A stretch of 55,762 bases of DNA. Origin: Vulcanimicrobiota bacterium. GTDB taxonomy: Bacteria; Vulcanimicrobiota; Vulcanimicrobiia; Vulcanimicrobiales; Vulcanimicrobiaceae. The notes under the pieces are model-generated. The model saw only the letters and a list, made by a program, of their open reading frames with translations. It was not told the DNA's origin and searched no databases. A program made the translations under genes and the position numbers. The stretch covers positions 1-55,762 of the forward strand of contig CAZZUZ010000001.1 in NCBI GenBank assembly GCA_964657315.1, given 5' to 3'. Of the stretch, positions 41,909 through 51,791 are shown one piece after another. Numbering within the stretch: position 1 is the stretch's first letter; each line of letters begins with the position of its first letter.

Positions 41909-44900
41909 ATGGCCGCGCCGATCGTTCGCTGGCTCGTGGCGCTCGGGTTCGAGCGCTACGCCGATGCATTCGTCGCCGCCGACATCGATCTCGACGTGCT
42001 CGCGGAACTCTCGGACGGCGATCTCGCGGCGCTCGGCGTGACACTCGGCGACCGAAAGCGCATCCTGCGCGCGATCGCGGCTCCCGCACCCGCGATCGCC
42101 CCGCCTCGGTCGCCCGTCGGCGAACGTCGGCAGCTGACGATTCTCTTCTGCGATCTCGTCGGCTCGACGGCTCTCGCGGCGGAGCTCGATCCCGAGGATC
42201 TGCGCGACGTGGTGAAGGCCTATCACGAACGCTGCTCCGAGATCGTCACCGCGTACGAAGGCGAAGTCGCACAATTTCTCGGCGACGGCGTGATGGTACA
42301 GTTCGGCTACCCTCGCGCCCGTGAAAACGACGTCGAACGAGCGGTCTTTTGCGGTCTCGCGATGGTCGGTGCGGTCGGCGAACTCGTCGTCCGAAGCGGC
42401 GTGAAGCTGAGCTCGCGCGTCGGGATCGCGACGGGGACCGAAGTCGTCGGCGATCTCGCCGGCGCCGCCCGCGATCGTGCGTCCGTCGTCGGCACGACGC
42501 CGAGTCTTGCATCTCGGCTACAGGGGCTCGCGGAGCCGGGTACCGTCGTCGTCGGGCCGACGACGCGGCGACTGCTCGGCGATCAATTCGCGCTCGTACC
42601 ACTCGGCGAGTTCCTCGTCCGCGGCGTCGACGGGCCGGTGCCGGTCTGGCGGGTCGATGGCGAGGCGCATGCGGCGAGCCGGTTCGTCGCCCATCACGCC
42701 GCGCTGATGACGACGTTCGTGGGGCGCGAACACGAGATGCGGTTGCTCGCGGATCGCTTTGAGATCGCCTCCGCCGGCAGGGGACAAGGCGTGCTGCTCG
42801 TCGCCGATGCCGGCGTCGGAAAGTCGCGAGTCGTCGAGGAGTTCTTGTCGCGCGGATTTGACTGCGACGCGATTCGCGTGCGGCTGCAATGTTCGCCGCA
42901 TCATACGGCGAGCGCGCTCTACCCGGCCGTCGAAGCGCTCTCGCAAGCGATCGGGCTCGACCCGGGTGACGCGGCACCGCTGCGGCGCTCGAAACTCACG
43001 GAGTTCTGCGCGCGCTCCTCGAGCGGCGATGCCGCGCTCGGCGATACGCTCGCGTCGCTGGTCTTCCCGCCGGGCGCCGACGACGCTCGTGCGATCGCGA
43101 GCCTGACCGCCGACCAGCGACGGGCGCTCCTCTTTCGTACGCTCGTGAACGAATGCATCGTTCTCGCGAAGCGTCGGCCGCTCGTGCTCTTCGTCGAAGA
43201 TCTGCACTGGATCGATCCGACGACGCTCGCACTGCTCACGCGTCTCGTCGATGCGATCGAGGACGTACCGATTTTCGTGATCGCGACGGCCCGGCCGGAG
43301 TTCGTTTCGCCGTGGTCGCACAGCGGGCTGGTTACGACGTTGTCGCTCAACCGATTGGCCGGACCCGCCGTCGCCACGATGATTCGCAATCTCTGCGGCG
43401 AGCGAACGTTGCCGGCGGACGTGCTCGCGCAGATCGTCGAACGGACCGACGGGGTCGCGCTATTCGTCGAGGAGTTAACCAAAAGCGTGCTCGAGTCTTC
43501 GGGTGGCGAGTCGTCGGCTGTCCCGGTCACGCTTCGGGACGCGCTCACGGCGCGGCTCGACGCGCTCGCACCGATTCGCGATATCGCGCAGGCGGGGGCC
43601 GTCATCGGGCGGGAGTGCCCGGAGGAGTTGCTCGCGCGCGTCGTCGGTCGCGAGGAATCGATGGTCGGTGATGCTTTGGGGCAACTCGTCGCGAGCGGCC
43701 TCGGCCTACGGTACGACGGCACCGCGGGTGCCACGTTTCGCTTCAAACACGCGCTCGTGCGCGACGTCGCCTACGACGGACTGCTGCGGCCGCGCAGGCG
43801 TGACTTGCACCTGCGTACGGCGCGCACGCTCGTCGAGCACTTCGTTTCGACCGTGGAGCTCGAACCCGAAACGGTCGCGCACCACTTCGAAGAGGGTGGT
43901 GCGGCGCGCGAGGCGATCGAGTTTCGCGTTCGCGCGGCGGTGCGCGCGACCGATCGCTCCGCCTACCGTGAAGCGATCTCCCATCTGCGGCGTGCGCTTG
44001 CGCTCGTTCCGCTGACGGCTCCCGATGGCGGCGTGCTCGAGCTCGACTTGCGCAATCGCATCGGCATCGTCACGTGCACGCTCGAGGGCGGCCGCTCCGA
44101 TACCGTTCGCGAGATGTACGAGCGCGGCTGGGTACTCGCCCAAGATCTCCCCGAGAGCCGCGCGACGTTCACGGCGCTGTGGGGACTCTGTTTCTGCGAT
44201 TACATGTCGGGCCGTGTCGTCGTCGCCCGCGAACGATCGGTGCGCATGCTGGCGATGGCGGAGCGGCTCGGAGATGAAGATCTGATTCTCGAAGCGCTGC
44301 ATGCCGGGTGGGGCGCGGGCGCGAGCATCGGGGATTTCATCCTGACCCTCGAGGCGACCGAGCGCGGCGTCGCGATCTACGATCCGCAGCAGCATCACCG
44401 GCACGTGACGAGCCTCGGAATCGGTCACGATTCGGGCATATGCGGCCACGGCCATCGGAGCAGCGCGCTCGCCTTCTCGGGCCGTATCGCGGAAGCCCGA
44501 CGGTCGATCGAAGCGACCGAGGCGCTGATCCGGCGTCTCGATCATCCGTTCTCGCAGTGCATCGGCCTCAATCACATCGGGCTATCGCTCGATCTTCTCG
44601 GCGATTACGACGCGGTCGCTTCGGTAGCGAACGAATCGCTCGAGCTCGCAAAACGGCACGCCTTTTCGATGCCGCTCGCGATCTCGTCGTTATTGATCGG
44701 GGCGGCCCACATCGGCCGCGGCGAACGCGACGCGGGGCTCGCATTGCTGCGCTCCGTGCTCGACGAACCGACGAATGGCGCGCCGATGATGTACCGCCAC
44801 TATTTCGCCTCGCATCTCGCCCTCGCCGAACTCGCGAGCGGCGACGCGCTCGGCGCCGCCGTGCGGCTCGACGCGGTCGAGCGGTCGATGCTCGAGGTCG

Positions 44901-45214
44901 GCGGCGACGTCACGGGGTACGATCTGCATCGCGTGCGAGCGTGGATCGCGGACGCGTTCGCGCATCACGAAGATGCGAGCGCATACATCGATCGCGCCAT
45001 CGACGACGCGCGAGCGAGAGGCGCGCGATTGCTGGAGTTACGGTACGCGGTCGACCGCGTCGAATTCGCGTTGCGCGGTTCGCGTGGCGACGCCGCGCGC
45101 ATCGCGCGCGCAGAGCTCGAGATGCGGGCGGTCCTGCAGACGTTCGACGACCGCGACGATGCGCTCGACCTCCGGCGCGCTCGCGCGCTCGCCGCGCGAG
45201 CGAACGTCGTTTAG
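41909..45214 (+). CDS. SAM domain - class III nucleotidyl cyclase - P-loop STAND/AAA ATPase - TPR-like repeat protein
   Basis: N-terminal SAM-like LGFERYADAF...LGVTLGDRKRIL. Cyclase motifs LFCDLVGST, FLGDGVMVQF, GIATGTEVVGD and PSLASRLQ. Walker A ADAGVGKS. Long helical-repeat C-terminus. Confidence 0.8.
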   Translation: MAAPIVRWLVALGFERYADAFVAADIDLDVLAELSDGDLAALGVTLGDRKRILRAIAAPAPAIAPPRSPVGERRQLTILFCDLVGSTALAAELDPEDLRDVVKAYHERCSEIVTAYEGEVAQFLGDGVMVQFGYPRARENDVERAVFCGLAMVGAVGELVVRSGVKLSSRVGIATGTEVVGDLAGAARDRASVVGTTPSLASRLQGLAEPGTVVVGPTTRRLLGDQFALVPLGEFLVRGVDGPVPVWRVDGEAHAASRFVAHHAALMTTFVGREHEMRLLADRFEIASAGRGQGVLLVADAGVGKSRVVEEFLSRGFDCDAIRVRLQCSPHHTASALYPAVEALSQAIGLDPGDAAPLRRSKLTEFCARSSSGDAALGDTLASLVFPPGADDARAIASLTADQRRALLFRTLVNECIVLAKRRPLVLFVEDLHWIDPTTLALLTRLVDAIEDVPIFVIATARPEFVSPWSHSGLVTTLSLNRLAGPAVATMIRNLCGERTLPADVLAQIVERTDGVALFVEELTKSVLESSGGESSAVPVTLRDALTARLDALAPIRDIAQAGAVIGRECPEELLARVVGREESMVGDALGQLVASGLGLRYDGTAGATFRFKHALVRDVAYDGLLRPRRRDLHLRTARTLVEHFVSTVELEPETVAHHFEEGGAAREAIEFRVRAAVRATDRSAYREAISHLRRALALVPLTAPDGGVLELDLRNRIGIVTCTLEGGRSDTVREMYERGWVLAQDLPESRATFTALWGLCFCDYMSGRVVVARERSVRMLAMAERLGDEDLILEALHAGWGAGASIGDFILTLEATERGVAIYDPQQHHRHVTSLGIGHDSGICGHGHRSSALAFSGRIAEARRSIEATEALIRRLDHPFSQCIGLNHIGLSLDLLGDYDAVASVANESLELAKRHAFSMPLAISSLLIGAAHIGRGERDAGLALLRSVLDEPTNGAPMMYRHYFASHLALAELASGDALGAAVRLDAVERSMLEVGGDVTGYDLHRVRAWIADAFAHHEDASAYIDRAIDDARARGARLLELRYAVDRVEFALRGSRGDAARIARAELEMRAVLQTFDDRDDALDLRRARALAARANVV

Positions 45215-45346
45215 GGCATCGGCGCCTCGAGCGCCGGCGCGTTGCGGCTTCCGGGCGCTACCGGAGCCTTGCGCGCATCCTTCATGCCGGACCGGTCGCT
45301 CGTACGCAAGCCTTCGCCGCCGGTCCGGCGAATTAGCGACTCGTGC

Positions 45347-45421
45347 GCGCCCGTAGCTCAAAGGATAGAGCGGGGGACTCCTAAGCCTTAGATGGACGTT
45401 CGAATCGTCTCGGGCGCACCA
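45347..45421 (+). tRNA. tRNA-Arg (anticodon CCT), CCA encoded
   Basis: Acceptor GCGCCCG/CGGGCGC, D stem GCTC/GAGC, anticodon loop CTCCTAA, T stem GGACG/CGTCT with loop TTCGAAT. The anticodon stem is weak (two G.T pairs and one A.G mismatch). Confidence 0.75.
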
Positions 45422-45477
45422 TGTTTTCGCCGTCGGGGCACCCTGACGCTCGGGTCGAGGCGTGTTGCCGCGAAGCA

Positions 45478-45506
45478 TTGACGACGTGGGAGTAATCGTT
45501 TACAGT
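45478..45506 (+). promoter_or_regulatory. putative promoter of the sugar-transport operon
   Basis: TTGACG, 17-nt spacer, TACAGT. Confidence 0.3.
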
Positions 45507-45634
45507 GGCCGGGTCATTGGAAGCGCTTTCCGTTTGATTTTTGCCGATATGGGCAGAAATTTCACGCCGGTGCTTGGTCGCCGGCCCGTCGTCCGCACTC
45601 GCGGGCGTCGCGATGCTGTTCGGATGAGGGTGAA

Positions 45635-46681
45635 ATGGATCGTTCACGACTGGATGCGGCGCCGCGCGAACTCGGTGGGCCAAGCCGCAGATCGGCCCTC
45701 ATCGGCGGCGGCGGCGCCGGACTCGCGGCGCTTCTGGCCGCGTGCGATCGCGGGGCGGGCGCGGCCGGCGGCGGTGCGGCGGCGGCGGCGAATTATAAAT
45801 TCGCGTTCGTCAATCACGTGACGACGAATCCGTTTTTCACGGCGACGCAGTACGGCGCGGCCGATGCGTGCTCGCTGCTCGGATGTTCGTATCTCTGGAC
45901 CGGCTCGCAGAACAGCAACGTCAGCGAGATGGTCCGCGCGGTGCAGTCCGCGATCAACAACAAAGTTCAAGGGATCGCGGTCTGCATCGTCGATGCGCAC
46001 GCGTTCGACGAACCGATCGCGCAGGCGATCGCGGCCGGCATCCCCGTCGTCGCGTATAACGCGGACGCGCCGCCGGGCAGCAAGGACGCGCGCATGGCGT
46101 ACGTCGGTCAAGATCTCTTCGTCTCGGGGCAGAAGATGGGTCAGAAGATCGTCGATGCGGTGCCGCAAGGCGGCCACGTCGCGCTCTTCATCGCGACGCC
46201 CGGTTCGCTCAACATCCAGCCGCGCATCGACGGCGCGATCGATACGATCAAGAAATCCGGCAAAGGGATCACGTACGAGCAGGTCGCCTCGGGCGCGCTC
46301 GTCGCGCAAGAGCATTCGACCGTCGAGTCCTACTATCTCGGCCACCGCAACGTCAACGGCATGTTCGCCGTCGACGGCGGGACGACCGAAGGCATCGGGA
46401 TCGCCTCGAAAAAATACGGTTTCGCGCAGAAGAAGATCGCGACGGGCGGCTACGATCTGCTGCCGGGTTCGCTGACCGCGATCCAGAGCGGCGATCTCGG
46501 ATTCGCGATCGATCAACAGCCGTACCTTCAGGGATACTATCCCGTGCTCGAGATGTATCTCTATCAGAAATCGAAGACGCTCATGTCGCCGGCCGACATC
46601 GATACGGGACTGAAGTTCGTCACGAAGGACAACGTCGGAGCGTATCTCGCGACGAGCAGCCGATTCGAAGGGAAGTCCTGA
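45635..46681 (+). CDS. sugar ABC transporter substrate-binding lipoprotein (Tat-type signal)
   Basis: SRRSALIGGG...LLAAC signal. Periplasmic-binding-protein type I fold motifs. Confidence 0.8.
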   Translation: MDRSRLDAAPRELGGPSRRSALIGGGGAGLAALLAACDRGAGAAGGGAAAAANYKFAFVNHVTTNPFFTATQYGAADACSLLGCSYLWTGSQNSNVSEMVRAVQSAINNKVQGIAVCIVDAHAFDEPIAQAIAAGIPVVAYNADAPPGSKDARMAYVGQDLFVSGQKMGQKIVDAVPQGGHVALFIATPGSLNIQPRIDGAIDTIKKSGKGITYEQVASGALVAQEHSTVESYYLGHRNVNGMFAVDGGTTEGIGIASKKYGFAQKKIATGGYDLLPGSLTAIQSGDLGFAIDQQPYLQGYYPVLEMYLYQKSKTLMSPADIDTGLKFVTKDNVGAYLATSSRFEGKS

Positions 46682-46689
46682 GCGCTCCG

Positions 46690-47718
46690 GTGACGGCCGC
46701 ACCCGCCGAACCGGCGCCCAAAGGCCCCGGGAAGGCGTCGTTCTCCTCGATCGTGCGCATCGCGTCGCGCTATCCGGAGACCGGGATCGCGCTCGTCGCA
46801 ATCATCATCGCGGTCGTCTTCGAGATCCTCAACGGCGCATTTTTAACGACCGAAGTTCCGGTGCTTCTCGCGAGTACGGCGCAGTACGGTTTCCTCGCGG
46901 TCGGCGAAGCGCTGCTGATGATCACGGGCGAGATCGATCTTTCGGCCGCGAAGATCTATTCGACGACGCCGTTCATCGCGTACTGGATCACGACCGCGGG
47001 CGTTCCGTTCCCGATCGCGATCGTATTGGCACTCGTCGCGGCGGGCGTCATCGGGTGGGTCAACGGCCTCATCACGGTGCGGCTCGGCGTGCCGTCGCTG
47101 ATCGCGACGCTCGGGATGCTCTTTCTGCTCAACGGCGCGACGCTGACGCTCAGCCACAGTCAGCCCGTGGCGACGCCGCCGAGTTTCCTCAACGTCGCGC
47201 TCGGCTCGGGGCAACAGGCCGTCGGCGGGCTCGGACCCTACGCGCCGTTCGGCTGGCTCCTCGCCGTCGTCTTCGCGTTCACCGTCGTGCTTCGGCGGAC
47301 GCGCTTCGGATTGCATACGATCGCCGTCGGCAGCAATCTCCTCGGCGCACGCGAGATCGGTATCCGCACGCAGAAAACGAAGATCCTCAACTTCGTCATC
47401 ATGGCGGTCCTCGCTGGCTTCGCCGGGATCGTCGAATCGTGCGCGAGCGGCTCGATCGATCCGTCGGCCGGCGATAACACGCTGACGCTCTATGCGATCG
47501 CGGCCGCAGTCATCGGCGGCACGTCGCTCTTCGGCGGCTCGGGCACCGTCCTCGGTGCGCTGCTCGGCGCGTTCGTCGTCGCCTCTCTCAACGATGGCCT
47601 CCCGCTCGTCGGCGCGCAAGCCGGCTTCTCGGACGTTCCGCTCGGTCTCGCGATCGTCGGTGCGATGGTGCTGAACATCAAACTCAAAGCGATCGCGCTG
47701 CGGAATCGCCGCACGTGA
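46690..47718 (+). CDS. sugar ABC transporter permease (RbsC-type)
   Basis: 342 aa, polytopic and Gly/Ala/Leu-rich. Position within the operon supports the call. Confidence 0.8.
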   Translation: MTAAPAEPAPKGPGKASFSSIVRIASRYPETGIALVAIIIAVVFEILNGAFLTTEVPVLLASTAQYGFLAVGEALLMITGEIDLSAAKIYSTTPFIAYWITTAGVPFPIAIVLALVAAGVIGWVNGLITVRLGVPSLIATLGMLFLLNGATLTLSHSQPVATPPSFLNVALGSGQQAVGGLGPYAPFGWLLAVVFAFTVVLRRTRFGLHTIAVGSNLLGAREIGIRTQKTKILNFVIMAVLAGFAGIVESCASGSIDPSAGDNTLTLYAIAAAVIGGTSLFGGSGTVLGALLGAFVVASLNDGLPLVGAQAGFSDVPLGLAIVGAMVLNIKLKAIALRNRRT

Positions 47719-48524
47719 GTTCCACGACGGTTCCGCCGCTCGCGCTGAGCGCACCCGAGCTCATTCGTGCGGAACGCGTAACGAAGAGTTACGGGCCGAC
47801 GACCGTTTTGCGCGGCCTCGATCTCTCGCTCGCGCGCGGCGAAGTGCTCGGCCTCGTCGGCGATAACGGCGCGGGCAAGTCGACGTTCATCAAGGTGCTC
47901 TCGGGCTTCCATCAACCGACGACGGGCCACTTGAGCTGGGAAGGCAAGCCGATCGTGATCGGCTCGCCGACGCAGGCACGCGCGCTCGGGATCGAGACCG
48001 TCTATCAGGATCTCGCGCTCGTCGACGATCTCTCCGTCGCGCAGAACATGTTTCTGGGCCGCGAGCCGATCAAGCGGATCCTCGGCATCCCGCTCACGGA
48101 CGAGAAGACGATGCGCGAACAGTCGACCGTCTTTCTCGAGCAGGTCGGCATCCGGCTGCGCTCCGTGAACACGCTCGTGCGCGATCTCTCGGGCGGCCAG
48201 CGGCAATCGATCGCCGTCGCGCGTGCGATGCGTTCGAATCCGAAGCTGCTCATCATGGACGAACCGCTCGCCGCGCTCGGCGTTCGCGAGGGATCGCTCG
48301 TTCTCGATCTCGTGCAAGAATTACGACGCAGGCGCGACGTCGCGATCATCCTGATCGTGCACAATTACTCGCAGGTCTTCGAAGTGTGCGACCGGATCAA
48401 TTTCCTTTTCGCGGGCGAGATCGTGCTCGACGTCTCGACGTCGGAGATTACCGAAGAAGAGCTCATCCGCACCGTGAAATCCGGACTCGGCGCGAAGCCG
48501 ACCGAACGCAACGTCATCGCATGA
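47715..48524 (+). CDS. sugar ABC transporter ATP-binding protein (single cassette)
   Basis: Walker A GDNGAGKST, signature LSGGQRQ, Walker B LLIMDEP. Confidence 0.85.
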   Translation: MSSTTVPPLALSAPELIRAERVTKSYGPTTVLRGLDLSLARGEVLGLVGDNGAGKSTFIKVLSGFHQPTTGHLSWEGKPIVIGSPTQARALGIETVYQDLALVDDLSVAQNMFLGREPIKRILGIPLTDEKTMREQSTVFLEQVGIRLRSVNTLVRDLSGGQRQSIAVARAMRSNPKLLIMDEPLAALGVREGSLVLDLVQELRRRRDVAIILIVHNYSQVFEVCDRINFLFAGEIVLDVSTSEITEEELIRTVKSGLGAKPTERNVIA

Positions 48525-48528
48525 AAGT

Positions 48529-49686
48529 GTGCATCCTATGAATCGCTTGAATCGCCGGCTCCGCGTCGCACTCGGCAGTCTCGCGCTCGCCGCGCTCCCG
48601 CTCGCCGCAGGTGCGGCGACGATCGAAAAATCGTCGTTCGGAACGCTCGCGACGGGTGAACCCGTCGCGATGTTCTCGCTCGATAGCGGTCACGGCATGC
48701 GCGTCGAGATTCTCAATTACGGTGGGATCATTCACGAGATCGACGTACCCGATCGCGCGGGTAAGACCGCGAACGTGGTTCTCGGGTATGCCGACATCAA
48801 AGGCTACGAGGCCGAAGCCGGCACCTATTTCGGCGCGATCATCGGCCGCTACGGCAATCGCATCGCGAAAGGCCGCTTCACGCTCGACGGCAAGACGTAT
48901 TCGCTCGCGATCAACAACCCGCCGAATTCGCTGCACGGCGGGCTCAAAGGGTTCGACAAGGTCATCTGGGCCGCGAAGGGCTCGGCGACGTCGAACGGTC
49001 CCGCGGTCCTAAAGTTGACGCACGTGAGTCCGAACGGCGATCAAGGCTTCCCGGGAACGCTGAGCATGACGGTGACGTATACGCTCGGTGCGGATAACGC
49101 TCTCCACATCGCCTATCACGCGACGACCGACGCCGATACGATCCTCAACCTCACGAACCACACGTACTTCAACCTCGCCGGCGAATCTTCGGGTGACGTG
49201 ATGGGTCAAGAGCTGACGATCGATGCGAGTAACTACACGCCCGTCGACGTGAATTCGATTCCGAATGCGGGCGTCGTTTCGGTCGCGGGCACGCCGTTCG
49301 ATTTTCGCAAGGCCAAGCCGATCGGGCGCGATCTACGGCAGAACAACGAGCAGTTGCTCATCACGCACGGATACGATCACAATTGGGTGCTCGATCGCAA
49401 GATGGGCGCACCCGTGAGCCTCGCGGTGCACGGCTTCGATCCGGTCAGCGGCCGCTTCGTCGACGTCCTCACGGATCAGCCGGGCGTTCAGGTCTACACC
49501 GGCAACTATCTCGTCGGCGCCGAGGTCGGCACGGGCGGCACGATCTATCGCCAGACCGACGGCTGGACGGCGGAGACCCAGCGCTATCCCGACTCGCCGA
49601 ATCAGCCGACATTCCCGACGACGGAACTCAAGGCGGGGCAATCCTTCGACTCCGAGACCATCTTCACGTTCGGAACGAGCAAGTGA
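48529..49686 (+). CDS. galM: aldose 1-epimerase (mutarotase) with signal peptide
   Basis: ...NSLHGG..GFDK..W... and ...TNHTYFNL... motifs. 385 aa. Confidence 0.8.
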   Translation: MHPMNRLNRRLRVALGSLALAALPLAAGAATIEKSSFGTLATGEPVAMFSLDSGHGMRVEILNYGGIIHEIDVPDRAGKTANVVLGYADIKGYEAEAGTYFGAIIGRYGNRIAKGRFTLDGKTYSLAINNPPNSLHGGLKGFDKVIWAAKGSATSNGPAVLKLTHVSPNGDQGFPGTLSMTVTYTLGADNALHIAYHATTDADTILNLTNHTYFNLAGESSGDVMGQELTIDASNYTPVDVNSIPNAGVVSVAGTPFDFRKAKPIGRDLRQNNEQLLITHGYDHNWVLDRKMGAPVSLAVHGFDPVSGRFVDVLTDQPGVQVYTGNYLVGAEVGTGGTIYRQTDGWTAETQRYPDSPNQPTFPTTELKAGQSFDSETIFTFGTSK

Positions 49687-49694
49687 GCGCAGCG

Positions 49695-50690
49695 ATGGAA
49701 TATACGACGATCGGCGATACGGGCTTAAAGCCGTCGCGCGTCGGCCTCGGTACCTGGTCGATCGGCGGCTGGATGTGGGGCGGCACGGACGAGGCGGAAG
49801 CGATCGCCACGATCCATGCCGCGCAGGATATGGGGATCAATCTCTTCGATACGGCGGCCGTCTACGGCTACGGGAATTCCGAAGAGATCGTCGGCAAGTC
49901 ACTCGCCGGGGCGCGTCGTGCGACCGCGATCGTCGCGACGAAAGCAACGCTGAACTGGGATGCCGACGGCAACGTGTTCCGCGACGGGCGCAAGGCGCGG
50001 ATCGAGAAAGAGATCGACGATTCGCTACGCCGGCTGCAGACGGACTACATCGATATCTATCAGATCCACTGGCCGGATCCGCTCGTTCCGATCGAGGAGA
50101 CGGCTGGTGCGATGAAGGCGCTACTCGATGCGGGCAAAATTCGCGCGATCGGCGTGAGTAACTACAGTCCCGAACAAATGGAACGCTTCGTGAAAGTCGC
50201 GCCGCTCCACACGTCTCAGCCGCCGTTCAATCTCTTCGAACGGGCGGCGGAGACCGACGTCCTCGCCTATGGCGCGAAGCACGGCATCGTCGGCCTGACG
50301 TATGGGGCGCTGTGCCGCGGCCTTTTGAGCGGGACGATGTCCCGCGATCGGAAATTCACGGGCGACGATCTGCGCTTGAACGATCCGAAGTTTCAAGAGC
50401 CGCGCTTTTCCCAGTACCTCACGGCGGTCGAGCGGCTCGACGCGCTCGCGAAGGAGCGCTACGGGAAGCGCGTCATCGATCTCGCCGTGCGCTGGATCGT
50501 CGAACAGCCCGGCGTCGGCGTCGCGCTCTGGGGCGCGCGCAAACCCGAACAGCTCAAAGACATTCCGGGAAGCATGGGCTTCACGATCGACCGTCAGACG
50601 CTTGCGGAGATCGATACGATCGTGACCGAATCCGTCAGGGAACCGGTCGGCCCGGAGTTCATGGCTCCGCCGGAGCGGACCGCCGCGTAA
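49695..50690 (+). CDS. aldo/keto reductase
   Basis: Start set at MEYTTIGDTGLKPSRVGLGTW. Also ...FDTAAVYG... and ...IDIYQIHWPD.... Confidence 0.8.
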   Translation: MEYTTIGDTGLKPSRVGLGTWSIGGWMWGGTDEAEAIATIHAAQDMGINLFDTAAVYGYGNSEEIVGKSLAGARRATAIVATKATLNWDADGNVFRDGRKARIEKEIDDSLRRLQTDYIDIYQIHWPDPLVPIEETAGAMKALLDAGKIRAIGVSNYSPEQMERFVKVAPLHTSQPPFNLFERAAETDVLAYGAKHGIVGLTYGALCRGLLSGTMSRDRKFTGDDLRLNDPKFQEPRFSQYLTAVERLDALAKERYGKRVIDLAVRWIVEQPGVGVALWGARKPEQLKDIPGSMGFTIDRQTLAEIDTIVTESVREPVGPEFMAPPERTAA

Positions 50691-50712
50691 TCGTTTCTAC
50701 GGCACCGTCGAT

Positions 50713-50744
50713 ACGACGGGCGCTGCAGATGCGGCGCCCGTCGT
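50713..50744. terminator. bidirectional terminator-like hairpin between convergent genes
   Basis: 11-bp perfect inverted repeat ACGACGGGCGC / GCGCCCGTCGT with a 10-nt loop. No clear U-tract. Confidence 0.4.
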
Positions 50745-50751
50745 CTTACGG

Positions 50752-51050
50752 CTACCCCTTGATGAAGCGTCGGACGATCGTATCGATCGCGGCCCTGCCC
50801 GCCGCGAGTGACGTCGCGCGCACGATGCGCTGCTCCACTTGCGTGCGGACGTTCGATTGACTCGTCTGTGACTCGTCGAAACGTTGACGGAAAACGGGGC
50901 GAGTTTCGTCGATTGGCCGCCCTCCGAGGTACTCGTAAATCCGACGCCTCGGGCGAAACCCCGGTTGAAGGTCGCGCCGCCGGTCACCGCATCGATATCG
51001 ATATCGTCGATTTGCGTATATTGGCTCGTGCGTTCGTTCTTCGAGGGCAT
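50752..51050 (-). pseudogene. small ORF whose coding signal switches frame (frameshifted gene, sequencing error or two-frame product)
   Basis: The 5' part is coding-like in the frame of ATG 51050 (MPSKNERTSQYTQIDDIDIDAVTGG...). The 3' part is coding-like, with high GC3, in the frame ending FIKG-TAG at 50752, just before the hairpin. Confidence 0.35.
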
Positions 51051-51080
51051 GTCGTCGACGAAACAGGACGAGCTGCATTG

Positions 51081-51109
51081 AAAAAAAAAGCCCCGCATCG
51101 CTGCGAGGC
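51081..51109 (-). terminator. rho-independent terminator
   Basis: Minus-strand GCCUCGCA-GCGA-UGCGGGGC followed by nine U. Confidence 0.7.
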
Positions 51110-51130
51110 TGTGACGGTCGTTTCGAGCGA

Positions 51131-51706
51131 CTAGTTCGAGCGGGACGCTCCGACCTTCCATGCTTCTTCGGATGCGCGTTCCGCTTCCGCCGCTGCCGTC
51201 GGATCGATCGCGGCGCCCTCCAGCTTCAACTCTTGCAGCACGACGGAGGGGAGCGCTTGGCTCGCCTTCATGATGAGCGTAGCCACGTCGGAGAGGTGAC
51301 GCTTCGCGATCGCAGCGGTTTCCCGATCGGAAAGTCCGAGTGCGGCCGCTTCGAGCATCGTGTACCCCGCCGAAGCGAGGCAGAGTGCGCTGTAATCGTC
51401 ACGCAGATTTTTCGAAACGCCGGTCTTGCGAACCTGACCGATCGCTCCCGCGACGACGCCGGCGGCCGAGGCGACGCCGCTCTTGAAATCTTTCCCGCCG
51501 TGTCCGCCGAGCGCTTCGAGTCGCGCTTCCAGGGCCGCGATGCGCGATTCGGTCGTGCGGACCGCTTCGTTGATGACGCGCCCGGCCTGCGGGTAGTCGC
51601 TGAGTCCGGTATCCGTCGCCTGCGTCTTCAGCGGTTGAAGAAGATGATTCTCGACTGCGAGCATGTCGCTCACATAGGTGTTGATCGTCGGTGTGCCGCC
51701 AGCCAT
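51131..51706 (-). CDS. ferritin-like (DUF892/YciE-like) protein
   Basis: Start set at ATG 51706 with an AAGGAG site. All-helical 191 aa. Family call is tentative. Confidence 0.4.
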   Translation of the reverse strand: MAGGTPTINTYVSDMLAVENHLLQPLKTQATDTGLSDYPQAGRVINEAVRTTESRIAALEARLEALGGHGGKDFKSGVASAAGVVAGAIGQVRKTGVSKNLRDDYSALCLASAGYTMLEAAALGLSDRETAAIAKRHLSDVATLIMKASQALPSVVLQELKLEGAAIDPTAAAEAERASEEAWKVGASRSN

Positions 51707-51791
51707 GCTGAACTCCTTACGTTGCGTTTGACCATCACGGTCGTACCCGCGAGCGCGAGCGTCAAGCGCAAACCTCCCCACTCGTTTTTTC

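Noticed and set aside
50697-51161. Treating the whole 154-aa ORF as a bacteriocin-type precursor
   Set aside because: Only the first ~65 codons from the internal ATG look coding. The rest is Arg/Ser-rich, runs through a terminator-like hairpin, and has lower GC3 than the overlapping frame. No processing or export genes are nearby.
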